A DNA stretch of 64,000 nt from an uncultured Acidobacteriota bacterium (GTDB lineage: Bacteria; Acidobacteriota; UBA6911; RPQK01; JAPXNP01): positions 128,001 through 192,000 of the forward strand of contig CAVZRV010000027.1 of the NCBI GenBank assembly GCA_963777605.1, written 5' to 3'. The position numbers and the translations under genes were made by a program. The notes beneath the pieces were generated by a model. It was given only the letters and a program-made list of their open reading frames with translations, did no database searches and was not told the origin of the DNA. Each line of letters opens with the position of its first letter. The stretch's first letter is position 1. Positions 11,345 to 21,891 of this stretch are shown here, one piece after another.

Positions 11345-12628
11345 TCAGAACCGCTGATGGGCCCCGGGCAGGCCATTATGGAACTGGATCGAAATTGCGG
11401 CAAGCACCAGGGGAATGACAAGCACAAGAATAAGAATGATCCAGCTTTCCCGTAAAGTCAGCCCTGTCACTCCGGATCCCCGTAGGGGAAGTGTGCTACT
11501 CCGCCCATAAACGACCAAGACAAGCACCAGGATCAGCCAGTAGATCGCCTGTTCAGACTGGCCACCGAAGCCGACCCAGAAAACGGCCTTGCGGACGTGG
11601 CTGAGGAGGAGGAAACCAAACAGAGAGCTCCAGAACGCCAGGGAAGAGACCCTCCTCCCGGCATTCGAGCGGGATGCTGCGACAATTGCCGCTGTCAGCA
11701 GCAGTACCACCAGTCCAACTCCAGCCCACCGTTGGCTCATCGCGATTGCTTCAGCATTCCCGACCCCGAGGCGCCGCGCCTGGTCCACGAGGCCCGAGCC
11801 GCCGAATGACTGGACGAGATTGATCACCGGCAGCAGACCGAGCAGAACCATCAACGACAAGCCGTTGGCTGCCCGGGTCGATCCGGGAGCATCGGGCCAG
11901 CGATTGGTGAACAGCCCGATCGCGATCCCCACCCCGCCGCAGGCCCCAAGAGTGAACTCCATGACGTTCCACCAGTTGAAGGCCAACCCGCTGGCGGTTC
12001 CCAATGTCTGAAAGAAATTCCCCAAAGCAAACCCAAGACCCGCACCGGCCGCCGTGAAAAGGGCCAGCCGCAGAGATCGCGGAAACCCCTCCCGATAGAG
12101 GTACCACCCCAGCATGACCGCCGCACCGAGGCAGGCCGCCCAGAGTTCACTTCGAGGCGGCGTCATCAGCCATCCGAACTGGCGAATCAGGATCCCCCAC
12201 CCCAGAACTCCGCCTGCCACCATTTCTGCGACCAGGGAAGGCCATCGGGCCGGGTTCTCCTGACTCGGCTCGAGACAAAGCCCCAGAAATCCTCCCCCGA
12301 TGAAGCCGTAGAGGCCTCCTACGACGACGAGCATGGCGAGCCCGTACCAGACATTCGCAAAGTCGGTACCCCGCCCGTAGCCAACCACGATCCCGTAGCT
12401 CATGATGCCGCCGACTCCCCAGCCGATCCCGCCAAGTGCGCCCGCGACCGGGATCCTCCCGCACCAGTCCCGCCGTCCCGAAACCAGGAGTGCCGCCATC
12501 ACGCCGAGCGAACCCGCCCAGGCCGCTCCATATTCATGACCGAAATGGCCCCGGAACGCCCACGACAGGCCCAGAACCAGACTGACGAAGAGAGTCCGCC
12601 AGAACATCATTTCCCGGGACAGTATCAA
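11345..12628 (-). CDS. Conserved multi-pass membrane protein of unknown function
   Basis: About 12 Gly-rich hydrophobic segments; motifs WAFRGHFGHEYGAAWAG, MSYG, MTPPRSELWA, NWWNVME. Confidence 0.75.
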   Translation of the reverse strand: MILSREMMFWRTLFVSLVLGLSWAFRGHFGHEYGAAWAGSLGVMAALLVSGRRDWCGRIPVAGALGGIGWGVGGIMSYGIVVGYGRGTDFANVWYGLAMLVVVGGLYGFIGGGFLGLCLEPSQENPARWPSLVAEMVAGGVLGWGILIRQFGWLMTPPRSELWAACLGAAVMLGWYLYREGFPRSLRLALFTAAGAGLGFALGNFFQTLGTASGLAFNWWNVMEFTLGACGGVGIAIGLFTNRWPDAPGSTRAANGLSLMVLLGLLPVINLVQSFGGSGLVDQARRLGVGNAEAIAMSQRWAGVGLVVLLLTAAIVAASRSNAGRRVSSLAFWSSLFGFLLLSHVRKAVFWVGFGGQSEQAIYWLILVLVLVVYGRSSTLPLRGSGVTGLTLRESWIILILVLVIPLVLAAISIQFHNGLPGAHQRF

Positions 12629-12672
12629 AGTCCCCCCGGCAACTCCCCGTAAAGCCGTGTAGACTCTCGAGG

Positions 12673-15022
12673 ATGACCAGATCGGAGCGACGGCAGGCAG
12701 AGTGGAGGATCAGCTGCTTGACCATTCTCGCCCTGTTTGCATTGCAGGCAGTCGCCTGCACGACCGCATCGGGCCCGGAACCGGGTCCCGGAGCGCCCCG
12801 GGGGCTCCTCTGCGAACTCCTCCGCCGGCCTGACGATGCGGTGATCACGGACCGGAACCCGGAATTCAGCTGGGAGGTGAATGACTCCGCGCCGCGGCGC
12901 CCGCCAATACGCTTACCGGCTCCTGGTGTCCTCGGAGCGAACATTACTCTTGTCGGACCGGGGTGACCTGTGGGATTCGGGACGGGTTGAATCCGGTCAG
13001 TCAGCGTCCGTGGAATACCAGGGGAAGGAATTGCGCGCCGGCGAAGCCTGCTGGTGGAAAGTCCGGACCTGGGACGCGGCGCGCACGCCCGGCCCGTGGT
13101 CCGAAGTCCAGGAATTCAGGATCAGCCCGCTGGCCCGCCAAAGTCACCAGTGGCCCGGCGAGAGCCGATGGGCCCAGCTTCCGAACGACCGCTGGGTTCT
13201 CGAGAATCGGCAAAGAGCCGACTTCAAAGAACTTTCCCCGAAGTCCCTGGTCCAACTCGGAACCGGCCACTATTTCATCGACTTCGGGAAGGCCGCTTTT
13301 GCCACCCTGCGGCTTCGCCCACAGGGCGTGACCAGACCGACCACCGCCGTTGCATTGTTGGGAGAGCGTGCAACGAAGGAGGGAAGAGTGGACACCCACC
13401 CGGGCCGCTCCAACATCGGTTTCAGCCGGGTCGAAGTGGATCTGGCGCCGGGAAGGAGTGACATCGTCGTCAAACTGCCCCGCCATGACTCCCGGTTCCC
13501 GCACAGCCAAGCCCTCCCCAGGCAGTTTCCCGAAGTCACGCCCTTTCGATATGTCGAAATCGAAGGGTGGCCGACTGAACTGAACCGGGACGACATTCGA
13601 CAGCTTGCGCTCTTTCACCCGTTCGATGAGAACGCGTCTTCCTTTCGGTGTTCGGACGAGCGGCTGAATGAGGTCTGGGACCTGTGCAAGTACACCCTCA
13701 AGGCAACCCCGTTCCTCTCCCTATATGCCGACGGGAACCGGGAACGGATGCCTTACGAGGCCGACTCTTACATCCAGCAACTGGGACACTACGCGGTCGA
13801 TCGCGAGTTCGCCGTCGCCCGCTACACCAACCAATTTCTGATCTGGCATGCCACTTGGCCGACAGAGTGGCAGATGCAGACGATTCTCTCTGCCTGGGCG
13901 GACTTTGTGGCGACGGGCGACCCTGAGCATCTCGAAGCGAACTATGACGAACTGAAGCCGAAGACCCTCCTCGACCTGGCACGGGACGACGGACTGGTCA
14001 GTACCCGGACCGGCCGGGTGACGCAGAGTCTTCTCGACCGACTGCACTTCTCCGGGAAAGAGCTGGTGGACATCGTCGACTGGCCGGCCGGGACACCGGC
14101 AGGAGAACGCCAGGCATCGAACCGGGGGCCCACTCCCGAAGGAGAAAGGGATGGCTTCGATTTCCGTCCGGTGAACGCGGTGGTTAACGCGTTCCACTAC
14201 CGATCGCTCAAGCTCATGGAAAAGGTCGCCGCCCTCCTGGGCCGGGACAGTGACCGGGATTTCTTCGCCCGCAGATCTGCGATGGTAAAGCATTCATTTC
14301 AAGAGGCTTTCTTCGAAAAGAACCGTAGGATCTACGTTGACGGGGAGGGATCCAGTCATGCCTCGCTCCATGCCAACATGTTCGCCCTCGCACTCGGGCT
14401 CGTGCCGGACCAGTACCGGGAATCGGTGGTTCGGTTCGTGCTCGGACGCGGCATGGCCTGCAGCGTTTACGGTGCCCAGTATCTCCTCGAAGCCCTCTAC
14501 GACAACGGACAGCCACAGGCTGCACTCGACTTGATGCGGTCGGATAGCCGTCGGAGCTGGTTGAACATGATCCGGGTTGGTTCCACCATGACCACGGAAG
14601 CCTGGGACGAGTACTACAAGCCCAACTCGACCTGGAACCACGCCTGGGGTTCGGCTCCAGCCAACATCATTGCCCGCAAGCTCATGGGGATCGAACCCCT
14701 CGAGCCCGGATTTAGAAAGATCCGGATCCGTCCTCAGCCCGGAGACCTCGACTGGGCAAAGATCCGGGTGCCCACAATTGCGGGTACCGTCCAGTGTTCC
14801 TGGCAGAGGACGGCCCAGCAGGGCTTCGACCTCGAGATCGTCATTCCCGCCAACACCAGCGGTGAGATCTGGATACCCTGCGGCACGCAGGGCCTGCATC
14901 TCGATGGAGACCGTCCGATCTCATCAGGAAACCACGTGCAGGTGCTCCGAACGGATCGTGACCTGACCGTCTGCTCGATCGAATCCGGACGCTATCGCTT
15001 TCAGGGGCGGATTTCTCAGTAA
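12673..15022 (+). CDS. GH78-like alpha-L-rhamnosidase, probable lipoprotein; frameshift near 12895
   Basis: The lipobox-like AVAC and fibronectin-like PEFSW are in the first frame. The second frame has WDSGRVES, DFGKAAF, DGNRERMPYEAD, TTEAWD, WNHAWG and IRPQPGDL. Confidence 0.85.
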
Positions 15023-15278
15023 GCCACTGCTTTGGCGCACACCTTTTTGAAATGGCGGGACCGCCCGCTTCCGGCCTAATCCCTTCCGCCAACAGTGACG
15101 ATGATTAAAACTTGAGTGCATTGGTGGAAGAACCATCTCTCGAACCATTGCCATTGCCGTTTCCGGGTCGGTTGGGAGTTGGGACGGCACTCCAGGATTT
15201 TCAGGACTCCAATTCGTAACCATTGCCGGGCCGGACATTTTCCGCCGTCGGGCAAATAGACCAAGCAAGTAGAAGCCA

Positions 15279-16025
15279 ATGAAACGCACATACGTCACCA
15301 AAATCGCACTCATCGTCATTCTCGCGAGCGTGTCCATCGCCGTCGGAGAGGAAAAACCACACTGGAATTACACGGGCGATGCGAGCCCGGCCCACTGGAG
15401 TGAGCTTTCGCCCGAATATGCAGCCTGCTCAAGCGGTAAGAGTCAGTCTCCAATCGACCTGGCCGGGTTCATCGAAGCAGACCTGCTACCGATAGAACTG
15501 ATCTATCCGGCCGGAGCGACCGAATTCGTCAACAACGGTCACAGCGTACAGGTGAATTTCCCGGCGGGCAACCAGCTCACGGTTGACAACACGGTGTACG
15601 AACTGAAACAGGTTCACTTTCACACTCCGAGCGAGAACCACGTCAACGGGAAATCGTACCCGGTCGAAGCGCACCTGGTTCATGCCGCCGCCGACGGCAC
15701 CCTGTGCGTTGTCGCGTTGATGTTCTCCGATGGGCCGGAAAACCTGTCAATCGCCCGACTCTGGGCGCAGATGCCGGAAAAGGCCGGCGACAAGACGACG
15801 CTCCGCACGGCTCTGCAGGCGACCAGCCTGCTGCCGTCCAACCTCGACTACTACCGTTTCGAAGGCTCCTTGACCACCCCTCCCTGCACAGAAGGAGTCC
15901 ACTGGCTTGTCCTGAAACACCCAGTCGAGATTTCTACGGCGCAGGTCGCGGAATTCGCCCACGTCATGCATCATCCGAACAATCGTCCCATCCAGGCAAA
16001 GAACGGGCGAAAAGTACTGAAATAG
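15279..16025 (+). CDS. cah: Periplasmic alpha-class carbonic anhydrase
   Basis: Signal peptide; QSPIDL, NNGHSV, QVHFHTPSEN, EAHLVH, GSLTTPPCTEGV, NNRPIQ. Confidence 0.95.
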   Translation: MKRTYVTKIALIVILASVSIAVGEEKPHWNYTGDASPAHWSELSPEYAACSSGKSQSPIDLAGFIEADLLPIELIYPAGATEFVNNGHSVQVNFPAGNQLTVDNTVYELKQVHFHTPSENHVNGKSYPVEAHLVHAAADGTLCVVALMFSDGPENLSIARLWAQMPEKAGDKTTLRTALQATSLLPSNLDYYRFEGSLTTPPCTEGVHWLVLKHPVEISTAQVAEFAHVMHHPNNRPIQAKNGRKVLK

Positions 16026-16118
16026 ACTCGAGGCCGATGCGGTTCGAGTTGCCAACCGTGTCTGGAAGGAGTCCGATAGCGAAAGGATCGAGACTCGGGC
16101 TGCGGCGATCCGGCCAGC

Positions 16119-16382
16119 ATGATCATCACTGACCGAAGAGCCCCGAATCCAACCGAGTGGTACTTGATCGGCAACGGCGATTTCTGGGACAGTGCTGAAG
16201 AAATTGGCTGCGTGAAATACCCTACTCGGCCCCTCACCTTGTTGCCGGTGCCAAACCCGACGCTTGAGGAATCCCAGGAAAGGTTCAACGGACTGGTCAA
16301 CAGGATGATGGAAGCAATCCGCTCCAGACAGGGCGCTGATCCCGCGGAGGAGCAGAGCCCTCCGTACAGCGGAGTTCGTTGA
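16119..16382 (+). CDS. Small hypothetical protein (87 aa)
   Basis: Fills the gap between cah and the antiporter without overlap and has protein-like composition, but no recognisable motif or clear RBS. Confidence 0.35.
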   Translation: MIITDRRAPNPTEWYLIGNGDFWDSAEEIGCVKYPTRPLTLLPVPNPTLEESQERFNGLVNRMMEAIRSRQGADPAEEQSPPYSGVR

Positions 16383-16414
16383 CAGTGTGAAGAAGGAAAT
16401 CCAGGCCGACACGG

Positions 16415-17998
16415 CTATTCGCCGTCCTCGTCCGCATCGGCATCGCCCAAGCCGGACTCAAGTTGAAGCAGGCGGGCATCAATGTCCGCCAACAACCGCT
16501 CGTAGGTGTCCTGGTCAACGGTGCCCTGGTGGAAGGCGCTGATCACCCGGTTCTTCTCGGTAAGCAGCAGGTGGCGCCGGGCCCAGCCCAGTTCCTCCGC
16601 TTCGATCTGCGTACGTTTGAGGTGAAGCGCCTCGATCTGTTCGCCAATCTCCTGAGCCCTCTGCTGATAATCCGCCTTGAGGTCAGAGAGTAATTTCCGA
16701 TTCCCGAAATGGACCTGGCCCATCTGGTCCAACTCGGAAAGCGCGGCATTCACGGCCTGCAGTTTGCCTCGAGCGAACTGGTAGGATTCCCGATCGCCGC
16801 TTTCCTTCACAATCCCGAGTCTTCGCACCAGAGGCGACATCGTCATTCCCTGGCCCAGGATAGAGATCAGGACGACGCCGAAGGTGATCGTAACGAGAAG
16901 TTCCCGGTGTGGAAAGTCCGGGCCCAGGCTCAGTACCAAAACCATTGGAAGGCCGCCGCGCAGACCTCCCCAGATCAACACGAAGGTCCACGAAAGCGGA
17001 ATCCTCTCGCGAGTTGACCGCATCAGGGAGTAAACGGCAAAGATCACCAACCCGCGTCCGGCGGTGACCACAAGATAGGCAATCAGGATGATCTTCCAGG
17101 ACGCCAGCAGGCTCTGCAGGTTGACCTCAAAACCAATCAGCAGAAAAACGATCGAGTTCAGCGCGAACGCGACATACTCCCAGAATGTTTCCACTGCCAC
17201 CCGCGTACTGGGCGACATTCCGACCCGGGCCGCATAGTTTCCGCACAACATTCCCGCCGCTACCGTTGCGATGACACCAGAAAATCCAAAATGCTCGGCG
17301 GTGACGAAGGAACCATAGGCGGCGATCGTCGTCAGGGTCGTCTCGACCATGGGATCATCCACCTGCTTGACGATCTGCGAAACGGCCAGTCCTATGGCTG
17401 TGCCGATCAATGCTCCCAGTCCTGCAATGGTGACAAAATCCAGGACGAACCCGCCGACGGTGACCGCTGCTCCGGCAGCGATCGACAGACTCAATGTGAA
17501 GAAGACCACGGCGGTCCCGTCGTTCAAAAGGCTCTCGCCTTCAACCAGAACGCTCAGCCTTTTCGGAACGCCCAGACTCTTGAAGACTCCGACAACGGCA
17601 ATGGGATCGGTCGCAGAGATCAGCGCTCCAAATACGAGCGCGTACTCCCAGGTGAAGCCGGGCACCAAGTGGAATCGATCAACAACCGGGGTCAGAATGA
17701 GCACGGTCAGCGCAATCGCGGCGGCGACTCCCGGCACCGCGAGGGAAGCAATTGTCAACCTGTTGCGCCAGAACTGATTGAACTCGATATGGAAGGCCGC
17801 CTCGAACAACAAACCTGGCAGAAAGATGTAGAACAGGATCTCCTTGGTCAGGTGAGGGACGGCGAAAGCCTGGGTAATTCCCAACGCGAGGCCGGCCAGG
17901 ACCAGGGCAACCGTGTACGGCATGGCAAGCCGGCGCACCAGGATTGCGACTCCCGATGCCACCACGAAAAGGAGAATCAGGACGGTCTCACTCTCCAA
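16415..17998 (-). CDS. Na+/H+ antiporter, CPA1 (NhaP-type) family
   Basis: FLPGLLFEAA, ISATDPIAV, EGESLLNDGTAVV, WGGLRG; about 12 transmembrane segments plus a soluble C-terminal tail. Confidence 0.93.
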   Translation of the reverse strand: MESETVLILLFVVASGVAILVRRLAMPYTVALVLAGLALGITQAFAVPHLTKEILFYIFLPGLLFEAAFHIEFNQFWRNRLTIASLAVPGVAAAIALTVLILTPVVDRFHLVPGFTWEYALVFGALISATDPIAVVGVFKSLGVPKRLSVLVEGESLLNDGTAVVFFTLSLSIAAGAAVTVGGFVLDFVTIAGLGALIGTAIGLAVSQIVKQVDDPMVETTLTTIAAYGSFVTAEHFGFSGVIATVAAGMLCGNYAARVGMSPSTRVAVETFWEYVAFALNSIVFLLIGFEVNLQSLLASWKIILIAYLVVTAGRGLVIFAVYSLMRSTRERIPLSWTFVLIWGGLRGGLPMVLVLSLGPDFPHRELLVTITFGVVLISILGQGMTMSPLVRRLGIVKESGDRESYQFARGKLQAVNAALSELDQMGQVHFGNRKLLSDLKADYQQRAQEIGEQIEALHLKRTQIEAEELGWARRHLLLTEKNRVISAFHQGTVDQDTYERLLADIDARLLQLESGLGDADADEDGE

Positions 17999-18055
17999 AG
18001 AACTGTCCCAATGAGAACGGGGCCAGCGGCCGGACGGCCGCTGCCCCGATACGGA

Positions 18056-18373
18056 CTAAGCTGCGGACGGGTGATGTGGATGATGCATAGGCGCGGAAAG
18101 GTCCATGACGGCCACGATGAAGCCGAGAATAATGTTGTTCCAAAAGATCCCCATACCCATCGTTACCGGCGCAAGGAACGCCGAAACAATTAGCCATATT
18201 CCAATCAGTGCCGTAATCCAGGCCCGCCCAGGTACATCCTGAAGCATGGCGAACCCAAAAACGGCCAGTAACAATCCGGTCAGCAGGTTGGCCCACAGGT
18301 CACCTGTTTCTCCCATTCTCAGGAATGGGATCACCATTGTCCATAACCCTAAGAGTCCTGTTAGCCATTTCAT
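18056..18373 (-). CDS. Small membrane protein with SPW-repeat-like duplication and His-rich tail
   Basis: ATG at 18373 with AAGGAG. Two similar halves: WLTGLLGLW..PF...WANLLTG and WITALIGIWLIVSAF...WNNIILG. Ends HHPHHP. Confidence 0.7.
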   Translation of the reverse strand: MKWLTGLLGLWTMVIPFLRMGETGDLWANLLTGLLLAVFGFAMLQDVPGRAWITALIGIWLIVSAFLAPVTMGMGIFWNNIILGFIVAVMDLSAPMHHPHHPSAA

Positions 18374-18560
18374 AATAAGTCTCCTTAATTCATCATAGTT
18401 CATTCATTACTATGAGTGAATGCACCTTCCGTTCCGGTCGAAAAGGAGACCTCATCCGGCTAACTGGCCGTGTCAAGGGATACTCAGCTGCCGTTTCGGG
18501 CGGAACATCCTAAAGAGTGTGACATGATGGACCTTACGTGCCATTTCGCCACAGTCGTCA

Positions 18561-19580
18561 TCACTCCAGGTCCGCTACTTTGACAATGAGCTTTCCCAGG
18601 TTCTCACCGTCGAACAGCATATTGACGGCAACCGGAGCCTGCTCGAGTCCGTTCACGATGGTCTCGCGGTGCTTGACCCTGCCGGCAGCAACCCACTGGA
18701 CGAGTTGGGCAGTGGCCTCCGCAAAACGCTCCGCGAAATCGAGAATGATGAACCCGCGAACGCTGATTCGCTTCATCAGGACCAGAGAGAAATCGCCGAG
18801 TGCCGGTTCCTCGTCGTTGTAGCCCGAGATCAGTCCACAGAGCGGCATCCGGCTGAAGAGGTTCATCCGCTTCATGACCGCGTGCATGATTTCGCCGCCC
18901 ACGCTCTCGAAGTTCACGTCGATTCCGTTCGGGGTAGCCCGGGCGAGCTGATCCTGCCAGTTCTCGGCTTTTCGATCGACAGCAGCGTCAAATCCAAGTT
19001 CTTCGAGAAGGTAGCGGCACTTGTCCGTCCCTCCGGCAATCCCTACCGTTCGACAGCCCTTGATTGCCGCGATCTGCCCCACGACAGAGCCGACGGCACC
19101 GGCTGCCGCCGAAACCAGAACGGTTTCACCCTCCTCGGGGCGACCCAGTTCAAGGAATCCGAAGTAGGCGGTCAGACCCGTCATGCCGCAGGAACCAAGC
19201 ATGGCAGGGAGAGGAACCGGCAGGTCACGGGGGAGTGGTCTCATCGCCCGGGCACCTTCGTCGGCGACACAGTAGTCCTGCCATCCAGTCAGGCCGACTA
19301 CGAGGTCCCCCTCCCGGTACGACGACGACCTGGATTTCTGCACGACTCCAATACCTCCGCCCCGCATCACCTCGCCAAGCTCCACCGGCGGCATGTATTG
19401 TTCACGATCACTCATCCACACCCGGTTGGTCGGGTCGATGCTCAAGTAGAGAACCCGGATCACTGCTTCACCGGCGGCTGGCTCTGGAATCGGCACTTCA
19501 ATGAAGTCGAAATTCGATGTCCGGACACGACCCGAAGGCCGGGATTTGAGACGAAATTGGCGGTTGACTTTGCTCTTCAT
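18561..19580 (-). CDS. NADP-dependent oxidoreductase (MDR superfamily, prostaglandin reductase/CurA-like)
   Basis: YLSIDP, GMTGLTAYFG, VSAAAGAVGSVVGQIA, FESVGG, CGLISGY, GENLGK; ATG at 19580 with GGAGG. Confidence 0.92.
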   Translation of the reverse strand: MKSKVNRQFRLKSRPSGRVRTSNFDFIEVPIPEPAAGEAVIRVLYLSIDPTNRVWMSDREQYMPPVELGEVMRGGGIGVVQKSRSSSYREGDLVVGLTGWQDYCVADEGARAMRPLPRDLPVPLPAMLGSCGMTGLTAYFGFLELGRPEEGETVLVSAAAGAVGSVVGQIAAIKGCRTVGIAGGTDKCRYLLEELGFDAAVDRKAENWQDQLARATPNGIDVNFESVGGEIMHAVMKRMNLFSRMPLCGLISGYNDEEPALGDFSLVLMKRISVRGFIILDFAERFAEATAQLVQWVAAGRVKHRETIVNGLEQAPVAVNMLFDGENLGKLIVKVADLE

Positions 19581-20003
19581 GGCCCCTCCCTGGGTATATA
19601 GATAACCGCGACCGGGGAATTCGTTGGCCACAGGGCAAACCTCTGGCTCGTGCGTGCCACTGCTATCTCGATCGCAACTACCTCAGATACTGCCTGACTA
19701 CAACAGCATTATTGTGTGTCAAGTCGCGGGATGCAAAGAGGATCGTTACGCGCTTCTTCTCGGCGCGCCGGGCCAGTACCCTGATCCGCTCCCTGTGACA
19801 TGTTAACTCGGGAAGGAAGACTTGCCGCGCGGAATTCAATCGCCGAGGCGGAAGAATGCCAAGATGTCGCTTTTCTTGAACAAAACAGGACCTTGGAGGC
19901 CTTCGTGACATCGCATTGCGAATCAAAGTCTCCGGTGGGAATTTCAGGTCGGCAGATCGCGATTCGAAAACGGAGAGTCAACTGTGAGAGGATCTTGGAC
20001 GGC

Positions 20004-20483
20004 ATGAAACTCAGGCAAACAGTTCGTCGGTGGACCACTGCGCTTCTCGTAGCTGGACCTTTGCTGGTGGCTTTGGTGAATTGCGGAGGACCGAGTTCGC
20101 CTGCGATCGTTGACCTTTCCGACGGCCATGAAATCTCTGACTACCGACTGCTCTCCGTGAGTGGTTCCCGGGACGGAGACCGGCTTCCGGTTGAGATCGT
20201 GCTCGAGGGGCCTCACGGCAGTCTCTCACTGAAACTGCAATTCCAGGTCGGAGTCCCGACCCGGCTCGAGTCCGGCAGATACGAATGGACCCGCGACTCC
20301 GGCACACTTCAGGGCACGGTTCAAGAGCGCGCGGTCACGTTCCTTGGGGGGCAGTCCGATCGACCCAACCTTGGAGGAGCCTTCGAACTGCGAAGCGAAT
20401 CGGGCAAACCGCAGTTCAGAGTGACGATCCCCACCAGCCCCGTGACCAAACCGGAAGTCAGGGTACGACCCTCCAGGCGATGA
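20004..20483 (+). CDS. Hypothetical lipoprotein
   Basis: MKLRQTVRRW...LLVALVN|CGG lipobox-like signal followed by a beta-rich mature part. Confidence 0.6.
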   Translation: MKLRQTVRRWTTALLVAGPLLVALVNCGGPSSPAIVDLSDGHEISDYRLLSVSGSRDGDRLPVEIVLEGPHGSLSLKLQFQVGVPTRLESGRYEWTRDSGTLQGTVQERAVTFLGGQSDRPNLGGAFELRSESGKPQFRVTIPTSPVTKPEVRVRPSRR

Positions 20484-20629
20484 CGCCGCCGTGATTTTCT
20501 GGCAGAATTCTCTCACTGACTTCTCAACCGGTTCACCACCTGATTTTGGAACACAGACTGATCTGCCTGGACCGGGACCGAACCGACCGAAGGAGTGGTC
20601 TGGATCAACTTCACTTGGAAGGGACAACC

Positions 20630-21703
20630 ATGCGTAATTCAGGGCCAGCGAGAGACAGGAATTTGGTGCCGGGACAACTGGGGAAGCTTGGACTGATGTT
20701 GGCATTCTGGCTGGCATTTGTTCCGGTGACCCTGGCGGGCGACAAGGAAGACCTTCAGGATTTCCTCCGCTTGTATCCCAAGCTGACTGAATCCGAGATC
20801 CAGCAGGTCGAGTCCGGTTCCGCCGTTGCCAAAATACTCGACACGCCGGAGAAGGAAGAGATCGTCATTTTCGGGGCGATTAAGTTGTCGATCCCGGTGA
20901 AGGCGTTCGTCGATCACATCCGCGACGTGGAAAAACTCGAAGACGGCGAAAACTACATCGTCGTCAAGAAGTTCAGCGATCCCCCGGTCATGGCCGATGT
21001 CCAGCGCCTGACGTTGGACGAAGCGGACATCGAGGACCTGCAGGACTGCAAGCCGGGCGACTGTGACATCCAGCTTCCCGACTTCGAGATTCAGCAATTC
21101 GGCAAACAGATCGACTGGAACTCAAAGGAAGTCGTGGACCAGGTCAATCACATGGCTCAAGAGAAAGCACTCGAGGTCCTGAAGCGCTACCAGGCATCCG
21201 GAACCCGGGGACTCAGAGACTATCGCGACAAGAAGGAACCACTGAACATTCAGAAAACCTACGAAAATCTCCTCAACCGGACCGACGCCCTCCCGGTGCA
21301 ACTGCCCGAATTCTACAATTACTTGCTCAATTACCCGTCCGTCACCCTCCCGGGAACTGAAGATTTCTTCTACTGGGAAAAGGTGAAATTTGGACTGAAG
21401 CCGACCATCCGGGGCATTCACGCGATCATCTATGAAGCCAAGGAAGGGGATCGCTCCGACTGGGTCATTGCCTTCAAGCAGCTTTACTCGACGCACTACT
21501 TCCTGGCCGCCCTCGACCTCTGGTTCTGCCTGGAGGACGCGGATTCGGGCGGTTTCTACCTGATCACAGTGAAAGGCTCCCGGCAGCACGGGCTGACCGG
21601 CTTCAAGGGAAGCATCGTGCGGAAAGTAGTGGTGGGAAGGACACGGGATTCAGTCGAACAGGCCCTCAATTACATGAAGACCAGTTTCGAACGCGTCCAC
21701 TGA
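20630..21703 (+). CDS. Secreted conserved hypothetical protein
   Basis: Signal peptide ending VTLA; motifs CKPGDCDIQL, FFYWEKVKFGLKPT, KQLYSTHYF; strong coding-like codon usage. Confidence 0.75.
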   Translation: MRNSGPARDRNLVPGQLGKLGLMLAFWLAFVPVTLAGDKEDLQDFLRLYPKLTESEIQQVESGSAVAKILDTPEKEEIVIFGAIKLSIPVKAFVDHIRDVEKLEDGENYIVVKKFSDPPVMADVQRLTLDEADIEDLQDCKPGDCDIQLPDFEIQQFGKQIDWNSKEVVDQVNHMAQEKALEVLKRYQASGTRGLRDYRDKKEPLNIQKTYENLLNRTDALPVQLPEFYNYLLNYPSVTLPGTEDFFYWEKVKFGLKPTIRGIHAIIYEAKEGDRSDWVIAFKQLYSTHYFLAALDLWFCLEDADSGGFYLITVKGSRQHGLTGFKGSIVRKVVVGRTRDSVEQALNYMKTSFERVH

Positions 21704-21891
21704 GCCATTGTCGCGACTTCCCGAACTGAAGGCACGACACTCACCGCAATGTCTCCGGTTGGAAGACCCGACACGACTGTTGTCATCGACCTCTCTTACT
21801 TTCCTCTCTTTTACTTTCTCGTACAAACAATTATAGTTATTTCAATTTCCTGCAAATCCCCACCACAATCCTCAGCCTGAGAGGGGGCCGA

